A stretch of DNA of 64,000 bases from Candidatus Versatilivorator sp. (lineage in GTDB: Bacteria; Acidobacteriota; Terriglobia; Versatilivoradales; Versatilivoraceae): positions 96,001 to 160,000 of the forward strand of contig OZ242296.1 in the NCBI GenBank assembly GCA_965207735.1, given 5' to 3'. A model generated the notes under the pieces. The model was not told where the DNA came from. It was given only the letters and a program-made list of their open reading frames with translations, and ran no database searches. Both the position numbers and the translations under genes were made by a program. This document shows positions 47,215-56,896 of the stretch, piece after piece; the stretch's first letter is position 1; every line of letters begins with the position of its first letter.

Positions 47215-48369
47215 CTACCAGTAGGAACCCATCCAGGTGGCTTCCTGGGGGACCTTCATGGGGGGATATCTGCGGATGGCCTCTTCGTCGATGTCGGTGC
47301 CCAGTCCCGGTCCCTGGGGGATGGTGAGGTAGCCGTCGCGGTACTCGATGGGCTCGGTAAGGACCTGGTTGTAGCGCTCCAGGTAGGGGTAGAAGAATTC
47401 CTGGATCTGCACGTTGGGAATGCAGGCGTCCAGGTGCAGGCTGGCCACGGTTGACAGGGGGCCGTTGGAGTTGTGGGGCTGGACGCTGACGTAGTAGGTC
47501 TCGGCCATGGCCGCGATTTTTTTCAGTTCGAGGATGCCGCCGGCGTGGCAGATGTCGGGCTGGATGATGCGGGCGGCCTGCTTTTCCAGCAGCGGGCGGA
47601 AGTCCCAGCGGGTGTAGAGGCGCTCGCCGGTGGCGACCGGGATGCGAATGGACCGCTGCACCTCGGCCATGGCGTCGATGTTGTCGGGCGGGATGGGTTC
47701 TTCGTAGAAGAAGGGGTCCAGCGGCTCCAGCTTGTGGGCGATGCGAATGGCGCTCCACATGTTGAATCGGCCGTGGCATTCGATGAGCAGATCGATGTCG
47801 GGGCCTACGGCCTCCCGAACCGCCTGGACGGACTCCAGGGCGTACTTCTCCTCGCTCTTGGAGATGACCTGTCCGCCGTCACGGAAAGGATCCCATTTCA
47901 TGGCCGTAAACCCCTTGTCCACCATGGCCTGGGCCTGGAGGGCCACCGATTGGGGAGTGTCCTCGGCCTTGGTCTCGGTCACCACGCCCCGGAAGGCCCA
48001 GGCATTGGCGTAGGCCCGAACCCTGTCCCTCAGGCGCCCGCCCAGCAGCTCGTGGACGGGAACCCCCAGTGCTTTGCCCTTGATGTCCCAAAGGGCCTGC
48101 TCCACCCCGCTCAAGGCGGCCAGCTGGATGAGCTGCCCATACCAGAAGGTCTGCTTGTAGAGGGAGTTCCAGATCAGCTCGATCCGGTGGGGATCCTTGC
48201 CGACGAGAAAGTCTCGGAACGACTCCAGCGCCCGGATCAGCAGGGGATCGTGGCGCTCCATGGAGGACTCCCCCACGCCGGTCAGACCCACGTCGGTGTA
48301 GAGCTTCACGAAGATCCAATTGGCGTGGCCTCCCGCCATGTGGAACACTTTCAGATCAGTGATTTTCAC
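47215..48369 (-). CDS. Mandelate racemase/enolase-superfamily acid-sugar dehydratase (galactonate dehydratase-like)
   Basis: ALWDIKGK.LG.PV, K-x-D (MKWD), ECHG, EEP, TGER, QPD and PHN motifs; GTG start at 48369. Confidence 0.9.
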   Translation of the reverse strand: MKITDLKVFHMAGGHANWIFVKLYTDVGLTGVGESSMERHDPLLIRALESFRDFLVGKDPHRIELIWNSLYKQTFWYGQLIQLAALSGVEQALWDIKGKALGVPVHELLGGRLRDRVRAYANAWAFRGVVTETKAEDTPQSVALQAQAMVDKGFTAMKWDPFRDGGQVISKSEEKYALESVQAVREAVGPDIDLLIECHGRFNMWSAIRIAHKLEPLDPFFYEEPIPPDNIDAMAEVQRSIRIPVATGERLYTRWDFRPLLEKQAARIIQPDICHAGGILELKKIAAMAETYYVSVQPHNSNGPLSTVASLHLDACIPNVQIQEFFYPYLERYNQVLTEPIEYRDGYLTIPQGPGLGTDIDEEAIRRYPPMKVPQEATWMGSYW

Positions 48370-48621
48370 GGTTGAATCTCCCGGGATGGCGCGACTGACA
48401 GAGAAGACAGGTAGATCACGGCAGGTTCCAGCGCACGGCCTCCACAAATGTGGGTCCCAAGGGGACGTTGTTGAATTACTGGAAAAACCTGTCCTGCCGC
48501 CTGGAGGGGGAAATCTTACCATAGAGCCTCCCGCGGAGGGCGCAACCAGGAGCCAGGACGGCATGGTCGCCGTCGAGGGTCCATCGCTCCCTCCTCGAGG
48601 GGAAGAGTGGTGGATGACGAC

Positions 48622-48775
48622 CTCCCGGGTGCGCGGGCGTCCCGCCCGCACAGGCTCTGGCACAGACTGGCCCATTCCTGGGACACGACCGTAGGTGCGG
48701 TTGGCCAGGGGATCGTAGAGGAGGGGGCGTTGGCGGGATAAGGATGCGGGCGGGACGTCCGCCCTCCCGGGGGGT
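48622..48775. repeat. Inverted REP-like pair
   Basis: cccgggtgcgcgggcgtcccgcccgca and tgcgggcgggacgtccgccctcccggg; related copy at ~24447-24471. Confidence 0.65.
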
Positions 48776-48923
48776 GCCACTTGGACGGGTACCCCATTTG
48801 CATCGGTTACGGCCTTGTGTGACAATCTCCAGCCAGTCCGTGGAGGGCCGCAAGGGATGGGTTGCAAACCGGACCCTTACCGCGTCCCTTCCACTTCCAG
48901 CCCGACCTTTCCCTGGAGAACCC

Positions 48924-50024
48924 ATGTCTCAACCCTTGATTATCGATTTGCACCTGGACCTGGCCTGGGATGCCCTTTTCTGGAATCGCAACCTCACCCT
49001 GACCGCCCACCAGGTGAGGCAGCAGGAGGCCGGCGAGCCTCCCCAGGTGGCTTCCGACTACAACGTGGGTCTGTGCACCGTCACCTTTCCGGAGATGCGC
49101 CGCGGCAGCGTGGGCATCATGCTCAGCACCATCATGTCGCGGATTGACGGTCGGCGGGGCGCCATGCGGGACGGCATGAGAACCCAGGAGCAGGCCATCG
49201 GCATGGGCCGCGGCCACCTGGCCTACTACCAGGTGATGGCTCGCCGGGGCCAGATCAAGCCGATCAAGTCCCTTCAGGACCTGAACGAAGCCGTGGAGGC
49301 CTGGAAAGACCCGAAGGACGACACCCCCATCTACCACGTGCTCTCCATGGAGAGCGCCGACCCCATCATCGATCCCGATGACGTGGAGTTCTGGTGGGAT
49401 GCCGGGCTTCGCGTGGTGGGACCGGCTCACTTCGGCCACAACACCTACATCCACGGCACCAATACCGTGGGCGGCTTGAAGCCTCCGGCCAAGGACCTCT
49501 ACCAAGCCATGCGAGAGGCGGGGATGGTCCTCGACATCACCCACATGGCCGATCAGGCTGTCTGGGAGTCCTTCGAGATCTGGGACGGCCCGGTGATGGC
49601 TTCCCACTGTGTCTGTCGATCCGTCGTCAGGGGGCAGCGCCACCTGACCGACGACATGATTCGAGAGGTGGTGCGCCGCGGCGGCATCATCGGCATGGTT
49701 TTCTGCCAGATGTTCATCGATCCCGAGGTCGTGTGGGAAAACAAGCCCGACAGATCGACCTATGTGTCCAAGTATGGCATGGAGGGGCTGGTCCCCCATA
49801 TCGAGCACATCGGGGAACTGGCCGGCGGCTCGCTCGAAAACATCGCCATCGGGACCGACATGGACGGAGGCTTCGGGGCGGAGGTCACTCCCACGGACGT
49901 GGACACCATCGCCGACCTGCAAGGCTTTCCGGCCGTGCTTGGGAAGGCCGGCTACGGGGAGGAAGTCGTGGAGGGCATCCTGAGCGGCAATGCCCTGCGC
50001 TTTTTCCGCCAGGCCTGGCGATAG
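48924..50024 (+). CDS. Membrane dipeptidase (peptidase M19) family
   Basis: DLHLD, SMESAD, LDITH, ASH and IGTDMDGG motifs. Confidence 0.9.
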   Translation: MSQPLIIDLHLDLAWDALFWNRNLTLTAHQVRQQEAGEPPQVASDYNVGLCTVTFPEMRRGSVGIMLSTIMSRIDGRRGAMRDGMRTQEQAIGMGRGHLAYYQVMARRGQIKPIKSLQDLNEAVEAWKDPKDDTPIYHVLSMESADPIIDPDDVEFWWDAGLRVVGPAHFGHNTYIHGTNTVGGLKPPAKDLYQAMREAGMVLDITHMADQAVWESFEIWDGPVMASHCVCRSVVRGQRHLTDDMIREVVRRGGIIGMVFCQMFIDPEVVWENKPDRSTYVSKYGMEGLVPHIEHIGELAGGSLENIAIGTDMDGGFGAEVTPTDVDTIADLQGFPAVLGKAGYGEEVVEGILSGNALRFFRQAWR

Positions 50025-50142
50025 CGGGATCCGCCGGGACCGTCCTGCGCCGCCGATCCCGTGGCGTCAGCTTCTTCTGAACGGAGAGTGAAGGCTGGGG
50101 GTTCGTTGCCGGACGCCTTCACCGGCCCCTACGGGAGGGACC

Positions 50143-50958
50143 ATGGAAAAGTACCGCTTCGCCGAGATGATCTGGTACGAGATTCGGGAGGCCGCCAGAC
50201 AGGATCGGGTGGCGGTGCTGCCGGTGGCCACCTACGAGGACCACGGGCCTCACCTGCCGGTGGATGTGGACGTCAGGCTCTGCACGGAGATCTGCGAGCG
50301 GGCCGTGGCCCGAATTCCCGCCGAATCCCTGCTGGTTCCGGCCGTGCCCCACGGCTACAGCCCCCACCACATGGATTTCCACGGCACCCTCACCATCGGC
50401 TGGGACACCTTCATCCGCTATGTGAAGGATGTCTGCTGCAGCCTGGCCCACCACGGCTTCAAACGCATCCTGGTGGTCAACGGCCACGGGAGCAACACCT
50501 CCCCCCTGGATCTTTCCGCCCGCCTGTCCAACCTGGAATTCGAGGGGAAGATTCTCTGCGCCACCGTGAACCACTGGGGGCTGCGCAAGGTGCGGGAACT
50601 GGGCGCCAGGCTGCGGGAGTCCGACTATGGGGGCACCTCCCACGCCGGGGAATACGAGACCTCGCTCTACCTGGCCCTGAAACCGGAACTGGTGGAGATG
50701 GACAAGGCGGTGGACGAACGGTCGCCGCTCCCTCCCAGCTTCCAGAGCGACCTGCTGGCCGGGAGTCACCCCCGAGGCTCGGTGGCCCACATGGTGCCCT
50801 ACTGGAGCTCACAGAGCGCCAGCGGAGTCAAGGGAGATGCCACCCGGGCGACGGTCGAGAAGGGAGAACAGTTCCTCGAGGCTGCGATTGAAGGGCTGAT
50901 CGAGCTGATCCGGGAACTCAAGGGTACTCCCATCCTGCCAAGGCGCGATCAGCACTGA
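50143..50958 (+). CDS. Creatininase family protein
   Basis: EDHGPHLP.D.D, SPHH..F.GT, NGHGSN and HAGEYETS motifs. Confidence 0.92.
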   Translation: MEKYRFAEMIWYEIREAARQDRVAVLPVATYEDHGPHLPVDVDVRLCTEICERAVARIPAESLLVPAVPHGYSPHHMDFHGTLTIGWDTFIRYVKDVCCSLAHHGFKRILVVNGHGSNTSPLDLSARLSNLEFEGKILCATVNHWGLRKVRELGARLRESDYGGTSHAGEYETSLYLALKPELVEMDKAVDERSPLPPSFQSDLLAGSHPRGSVAHMVPYWSSQSASGVKGDATRATVEKGEQFLEAAIEGLIELIRELKGTPILPRRDQH

Positions 50959-50961
50959 ATC

Positions 50962-53775
50962 TCATTCCTTCCGCACATCGATATACACGGCTTTTAGCAC
51001 CGGGGTGCTGCCTCCGTTGGGGGTGCTGAGGGTGGCGCGGTATTGGAGCCAGGGGTGGGCCGCGGGCAGGTTCAGGGCGGCCCCCGAATCCTTGAAGTGG
51101 TCTTCTTCTCCCCCGGTTCCGGTCCAGGCGGCATCCATCAGCGCCGATTCGGAGGCGGCGCTGCGCACTTGAAGCAGGACCCCGGTTCCGTGGGGAGTGG
51201 TCGCCTCCCAGCGAAGACGGCTGGCCTGCTTGCCTGCCGGCAGTTGAATGGGGGCCGATCGGTAGCTTTCTCGGAGCTTGCGGTCATAGATGTTCCCGAC
51301 ATCCTTGCGGGCGCCGAAGTGAGGGCCGAAAGTCTGGATCCAGTGGCGTCGGTCGACGGAATACCCTTGGGGGCTGCCCCAGTAGATGTAGGCGCCGGCG
51401 CCGTGGTCCCCCCGGTCCAGGTGGTTGAAGACCACGATGTCGTACCAGCCGTCCTGGTTGAGGTCAGCCACCGTCAAGGCCCCCGAGGACTCGGCGGGCA
51501 GGTGGCTGCGACGGGATTCGCTGTAGCGTCCATCCGACGAGCCCCAGTAGATGAAGGCGGGGATGCTACGGGTGAAGTAGGCGTGATAGTTGCTGGTGAC
51601 GATGTCCAGGAAGCCGTCCCGGTTGAGGTCGGCCACCGCATGCTCCAGGGGGTCGTAGCCCTCCAGGCGCAGGATACGGTCCTCGGAATAGCCCTCCCGG
51701 CTTCCCCACACGATAGAGATGTGCTGGGTCGGCCGGCCGAACTGCTCGGAGTCCCAGCCGCCGCCCACGATCATGTCTAGCCAGCCGTCGGCATTCAGGT
51801 CGGCCACCTCCACCGTGGAGGAGGGCTGGACCCGGAGCGAGGAATGCCGGCTCCGGCTGAAGGTGCCCTGGTCCGTTCCCCAGAAAATCTCCACCTGAGG
51901 ACTGTCCACGTCGCAGAAAACCAGGTCCAAGAAACTGTCCTTGTTCAAGTCGGCGACGGTCGGGCTCTGGCTGATCAGGGTTTCGAGCTTCAGCTCGCTT
52001 CGCCGTGACCAGTCGTAGCCGGCGCTGCCGCCCCACAGGATAATGCCCTTCGGTTTCGGTTCTCTGTAGGCCGTGCCGGCGGATATCACCAGGTCGAGGT
52101 AGCCGTCCCGGTTCAGGTCGGCCGTGGCTGCGCCGTATCCCGAGGGGACGGACAGATCCTGGCTGTGCCCCTGGCTGTAACCCTGGTGTCCCCCCCAATA
52201 GATCCGGCCGGTGGGGAAGGCCACGTCCGCCCAGCCGTCCTGATCCAGATCGGCGATGGCCGGCGCCGACATGGAGAAAGGGAGCGTGGACAGGGCTGCC
52301 GGCGAATAGTGGTGGTTGGGGTTACCCCAATAGATGAGGGAGGGAATGGAGGTCTCGCTGCCGGTGTTGCGGTTGACCAGGACCAGGTCGGCATGGCCGT
52401 CGAGGTTCAAGTCGTCGGCCTGCAGGCTGACCGCGCCGAAACCCTGCAGTTCCAGACGATGGGCGGCGTCGAAGCCCTCGGGACCGTTCCAGTAGATGTA
52501 AGAGTTGACGTCGAAGGTGCGGCCGTCCTGTTCGTTGGCGAAGGCCAGGTCGACCCACCCGTCACCATTGAAGTCCCGGAAGGCGGCCGCCGCCGCATGC
52601 AGGGTGGGAAGCTTCAGCATTCCCTGGGCGGATGGGCCGGTCGAGGTTCCCCAATAGACGTAGGAGAACTCCCCCTTCTGGTTGGGAACGACCAGGTCGG
52701 CAAATCCATCCCGGTTGAAGTCGGTCACGCCGAGGGTGGTTGCGCCCTGGGTGGGGAAATGGCGCCAGGGTTTGTCCTCGAAACCCTCGGCGTTGCCCCG
52801 GCGGACTTCGGCCCGGTTGTCCCGGTGGGTCACTGCCAGGTCCAGGGAACCGTCGCCGTTCAGGTCGGCCAGCTCGGCCCCCGTCAGATCTCCCCAGTGG
52901 TGGATTTGGCGGCGGGACTCCGAAAACCCCTCGGCGCCTCCCCAATAGAGGTAAAGACTCTTCTCCTTGGCGTTGTTGTTGAGGAAAAGCAGTTCCGGGT
53001 AGCCGTCGCCGTTCAGGTCTTCCGCCTCGCAATCCACGGCGCTGATGCTGGGGATGGAGCTTCTGCGCTCGGTGGAGAACCCGGTGGGGCCGTTCCAGTA
53101 AATGTAGGATTCCAGATGGTGGGCGTGTCCGTGGCGCTCACCTCCCTCGGTGCCGTTGTTGGCGAAGGCCAGGTCCAGGTAGCCGTCCCGGTTGAAATCG
53201 GCGGCTTCCACGTCGGAGGCCATCAGGGTGGGCAGTTCGGTCCGCCGGTCCGTCCCGTATCCCTCGGGGCTTCCCCAGTAGATCAGGGCCTGCATGTGGA
53301 CCGAGTAGTTGTGGATGAAGTTGCAGAAGACGATCTCCAGGTAGCCATCCCCGTTGAGATCGGCCAGCAGAGAGGGTCCTCCTCCATCGGTGGGGAGCCG
53401 GGTGACGCCGCCGTCCCGGGCGCGGATTTCCCGCAAGAGCTTGCCCAGCGGCTGCTGGTCGGGCAGGGGCGGCAGAATCGACCGCGGTCCCTGCGCGGTC
53501 CCCCAGTAGATCAGGAGGTCTTCGTTCTCCAATTGGTTGTGGTCCTGGGCCACGAAGATGTCGAGGTAGCCGTCATTGTTCAGGTCCAGGGTGTGGATCA
53601 TGCGCACCGAGCCCGAGCGGGTGACGTAGAGGTTGGCGCCGCCGTCCTCCAGCGTTCCGCCGGCGAAGTCGGCGAAGTCGGTATGGTGCAGCCAGGCTTG
53701 GTGGGACTCGCCCCCGGAGGTCGCTGGGGGCGACCAGAGAAAGATCAGGATGGCAACGCTCAGCAACAGTCTCAT
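50962..53775 (-). CDS. Secreted FG-GAP/VCBS repeat protein
   Basis: Signal peptide and about 13 D(L/F)NxDGxxD repeats with IYWG motifs. Confidence 0.9.
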   Translation of the reverse strand: MRLLLSVAILIFLWSPPATSGGESHQAWLHHTDFADFAGGTLEDGGANLYVTRSGSVRMIHTLDLNNDGYLDIFVAQDHNQLENEDLLIYWGTAQGPRSILPPLPDQQPLGKLLREIRARDGGVTRLPTDGGGPSLLADLNGDGYLEIVFCNFIHNYSVHMQALIYWGSPEGYGTDRRTELPTLMASDVEAADFNRDGYLDLAFANNGTEGGERHGHAHHLESYIYWNGPTGFSTERRSSIPSISAVDCEAEDLNGDGYPELLFLNNNAKEKSLYLYWGGAEGFSESRRQIHHWGDLTGAELADLNGDGSLDLAVTHRDNRAEVRRGNAEGFEDKPWRHFPTQGATTLGVTDFNRDGFADLVVPNQKGEFSYVYWGTSTGPSAQGMLKLPTLHAAAAAFRDFNGDGWVDLAFANEQDGRTFDVNSYIYWNGPEGFDAAHRLELQGFGAVSLQADDLNLDGHADLVLVNRNTGSETSIPSLIYWGNPNHHYSPAALSTLPFSMSAPAIADLDQDGWADVAFPTGRIYWGGHQGYSQGHSQDLSVPSGYGAATADLNRDGYLDLVISAGTAYREPKPKGIILWGGSAGYDWSRRSELKLETLISQSPTVADLNKDSFLDLVFCDVDSPQVEIFWGTDQGTFSRSRHSSLRVQPSSTVEVADLNADGWLDMIVGGGWDSEQFGRPTQHISIVWGSREGYSEDRILRLEGYDPLEHAVADLNRDGFLDIVTSNYHAYFTRSIPAFIYWGSSDGRYSESRRSHLPAESSGALTVADLNQDGWYDIVVFNHLDRGDHGAGAYIYWGSPQGYSVDRRHWIQTFGPHFGARKDVGNIYDRKLRESYRSAPIQLPAGKQASRLRWEATTPHGTGVLLQVRSAASESALMDAAWTGTGGEEDHFKDSGAALNLPAAHPWLQYRATLSTPNGGSTPVLKAVYIDVRKE

Positions 53776-54000
53776 GGTTTTACGCTTCTTTCTTTGAATT
53801 TCATCCGGCCTCGGGTTGGAGGGATGCTATGGCATTTGGCGGAGAGGGGTCAAGGGGTACCGGGGGCCATGGCAGGGTGATCCCGCGCTACCAATCGCGG
53901 GACGGCGCCCTTTACAAAGATCCACAAAAATGAGACAAATGCCTGACCCTGCGGATGGTCCAACGGCTGACCGAACTCTTCACCGACCGAGGATTGGACA

Positions 54001-55614
54001 ATGACCATTGCCGAACTGATCATGGAGGACGCACGAGCCCGCAACCTGCGCCATTTCTTTGGCATTCCCGGGGGTGGAAGCCCCCTGGACCTGATGGAGG
54101 CCGGCCGCAAGCTGGGCGTGGACTTCGTCAGCGTGAACCACGAGTCCTCGGCTGCCATCATGGCCGCCTATTACGGTCTGATGAAGGATACGGCCGGGCT
54201 GGCCCTGACCATTCGAGGGGTGGGGGCTGCCAACCTGGTGGGCGGCGCCGCCAACATTCACTTCGAACGGGCCCCGATGGTGGCGGTCTGCGAGACCTGT
54301 CCTCCCGCCACCGCCGGTTACGAGATGGTCCAGCACTGCGACCAGTTGAGCCTCTTCAGCGGCATTGAACGCTATAGCGAGACGCTTTCCACCGAGAATG
54401 CGCCGCTGGCGGTTCAGGAGGCCAGCTATCGCGCCACCGAGGGTCGGCCGGGGCCGGCTCTGCTCAACTTTCCCGCCGACCTGGGCAGTGCCGAGTGCGG
54501 TCCGCCACTCCCCCCGCGGGCGCACGCCCCGGCGCCGCCGGCGCCGGAGCATGAAATCGCGGCCTGCAGGGAGGTGCTTTCGAAGTGGCGCAAGCCCGTG
54601 GTCATTGCCGGGGCCGACGTGGTGCGGGACGATGCCACCGGGGAACTGCTCGCCTTGGTGGAGAACTTGGGAGCCGCGGTGCTGGTGACCATGGAAGCTC
54701 GCGGCGTCTTTCCCGAATCGCATGATCGCTGGGCCGGGGTCTTCGTGGGCATTTACTCTCCGGGAATCATCGAGTCCAGAGCCTTTGAGAAAACGGACGG
54801 GGTGTTGCTGCTGGGTGTGGATGCCCTCATGACCCACGGACCCTGGAAAAGCGACTTGCCCACGGTGGAGGTGCTCAGCAGTCCCGAGTATCGATCCCTT
54901 TCCCAGCAGCCCAGGGTCCGGGTCAACGGTAACCTCAAGAGTGTGCTGCCGGCCCTGGCGCCGCAGGCGCGCGCCGGCTTCGAGGGCCGGGAGGTCCAGG
55001 CGCTGCGCCAGGAGGTCTTGCCCGCCTTCAAGCGGCCCGGCCAAGCCAGGTTGGCGGCCCAGGACGTTATCGAGATCTGCCGGAAGGTGCTGCCGTCGGA
55101 TGGAGTCCTCATTTCCGAGACCGGAGTCTTCATCTGCATGCTGGAGCATATCTGGCTGGCGGACCAGCCGGGGACCTACTACGGGACCTCGGGAGGGCGC
55201 ACCATGGGACTGACCCTGCCGGCCATCTGCGGCGCCCGCCTGGCCGATCCCGAAAGGCCCATGATCGGGCTGGGCGCCGACGGCAGTCTCCTGATGCGCC
55301 TGGGAGAGCTGGAAGTGCTGGCCCGCACCGGGGGCACGGTGCCGTTGGTGATCGTGAACGATCGGGCCCTTGGGACCATGAAAGCCCGCCAGAAAATTCG
55401 CAGCCTGCCCGACTACGCGCTGGATCTGCATCCGGTGGAGTTTGCCGACGTGGCCAGGGCTTGCGGGCTGAAGGCGGCCACCGTGGACACGCCGGAGGAT
55501 TTCGAGCGGGAGCTGCGGGCCGCCATGACCGCCGGGTGCGGGACGCTCATCGACGCCAGGGTGGACCCGGAGATCTACCAGGACAGCTTCGGCCGCACCG
55601 TGGGGATGGGTTGA
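54001..55614 (+). CDS. Thiamine pyrophosphate-binding protein
   Basis: FGIPGGG, HESSAA, and ADGSLLM...VND TPP motif. Confidence 0.88.
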   Translation: MTIAELIMEDARARNLRHFFGIPGGGSPLDLMEAGRKLGVDFVSVNHESSAAIMAAYYGLMKDTAGLALTIRGVGAANLVGGAANIHFERAPMVAVCETCPPATAGYEMVQHCDQLSLFSGIERYSETLSTENAPLAVQEASYRATEGRPGPALLNFPADLGSAECGPPLPPRAHAPAPPAPEHEIAACREVLSKWRKPVVIAGADVVRDDATGELLALVENLGAAVLVTMEARGVFPESHDRWAGVFVGIYSPGIIESRAFEKTDGVLLLGVDALMTHGPWKSDLPTVEVLSSPEYRSLSQQPRVRVNGNLKSVLPALAPQARAGFEGREVQALRQEVLPAFKRPGQARLAAQDVIEICRKVLPSDGVLISETGVFICMLEHIWLADQPGTYYGTSGGRTMGLTLPAICGARLADPERPMIGLGADGSLLMRLGELEVLARTGGTVPLVIVNDRALGTMKARQKIRSLPDYALDLHPVEFADVARACGLKAATVDTPEDFERELRAAMTAGCGTLIDARVDPEIYQDSFGRTVGMG

Positions 55615-55633
55615 CAGGAGGGTGGACGAAGGT

Positions 55634-56359
55634 ATGCCGCGGCCAGCCGCTCGTTCGCGGGGGTTCTCCCCTCAGCACACTCGATTCCGTCCGGAGTTCC
55701 TCGACTTCCGGCGGGGAATTCGGGTTGGGAATCTGGATGACGACGAACGCATCACCCGCATTCTGAAGGTTGCCCTGGAGGCCAGATACCGGCAGTCCTT
55801 CGTCACCGAGCGCTGGGGCCGCGGGGTCTACTGGCAGTGGATCGGCTTCCTGGCCAAGGCCAATCGAGCCGTCAAGCCGCTCTCCTCCAAGGTCAGCTTC
55901 GGGTGCGCCAAGTTCTTCCTCATGATCGATTCCGGTGAGCAACGCTTCAAGTGCGGGCTGCAGGTGGAGCGGGGCTTCCTGAAGGCTCCCCCCGGTCAGG
56001 AGCGCTTCGAGTTGAGGGACGATTGGGACTGGCACCGGCTGATGCAGGCGCTCAAGCCCAAGGGGGCCATGGAGCGGGAGCTGAAGCGGCTGGTGATTCG
56101 GGAAGGCTTTCGGGTGCAGGCCGGCGGTTGGCGCTCCGATCTGTTTCACTACTCCAAAACGACCCTTCCCACGGTTTCCCGCTTGCGCGCCGCCCTGGAG
56201 CAGGCGCCGGGAGACGGCTGGGCCGGGTTCCTGCTCTATTTCCCCATGGACGAGGATGCCGTGCGGGGCACTTCCGGAACCGACCTGGTGGAATCCATGC
56301 TGGCTATCTTCGAGGAGGTGACTCCGGCCATGCGGTTGTGCACCCAGACACCGCTTTGA
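55634..56359 (+). CDS. Hypothetical protein
   Basis: Codon-biased ORF inside an apparent operon; no family recognised. Confidence 0.7.
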   Translation: MPRPAARSRGFSPQHTRFRPEFLDFRRGIRVGNLDDDERITRILKVALEARYRQSFVTERWGRGVYWQWIGFLAKANRAVKPLSSKVSFGCAKFFLMIDSGEQRFKCGLQVERGFLKAPPGQERFELRDDWDWHRLMQALKPKGAMERELKRLVIREGFRVQAGGWRSDLFHYSKTTLPTVSRLRAALEQAPGDGWAGFLLYFPMDEDAVRGTSGTDLVESMLAIFEEVTPAMRLCTQTPL

Positions 56360-56384
56360 CCCAGCCATCAATCAAGGGAGATCC

Positions 56385-56891
56385 ATGCAAACTCCAATCG
56401 ACTCCTCTCAATTTCGCAGGATCATGTCGCGCTTCGCCACCGGGGTCACCGTGGTCACCACCCGGTCGGGCCAGGAAGTCCATGGGCTCACCTGCAACGC
56501 CTTCTGCTCCATCTCGCTGGACCCCTGCACGGTCATGGTGAGCGTGGCCAAGGACGCCCGTTCCTGGCCCCTGATCGAGCGGAGCCGGCTCTTTGCCGTC
56601 AACGTGTTGAGCGAAGACCAGTCCTTCATCTCCGATCGCTTTGCCGGACGTCACCGGGACAAGGACGACAACCGCTTCGAGGGCATCGAGTGGACCACGG
56701 CGACAACCGGAGCGCCGATCCTGGGCGGGACCCAGGGATATCTGGACTGCCGGGTGACCCAGGCTTACGACGGCGGAACCCACACGCTCTTCCTGGGGGA
56801 GGTGGTTGCCTTGAACCTGGACGATTCCCGGCCCCCTCTGGTCTTCTACGGATCGCGCTACATGGGGATCGACGGCCTCAAGGCGCTGTGA
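56385..56891 (+). CDS. Flavin reductase family protein
   Basis: FRRIMSRFATGVTVVT, SISLDP, FAVNVL and GGTHTLFLGEV motifs. Confidence 0.93.
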   Translation: MQTPIDSSQFRRIMSRFATGVTVVTTRSGQEVHGLTCNAFCSISLDPCTVMVSVAKDARSWPLIERSRLFAVNVLSEDQSFISDRFAGRHRDKDDNRFEGIEWTTATTGAPILGGTQGYLDCRVTQAYDGGTHTLFLGEVVALNLDDSRPPLVFYGSRYMGIDGLKAL

Positions 56892-56896
56892 GCTAG

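Noticed and set aside
48924-50958. Mycofactocin or other RiPP cluster suggested by the creatininase plus peptidase
   Set aside because: No radical SAM enzyme, precursor peptide or RRE gene nearby; these are generic amidohydrolases.
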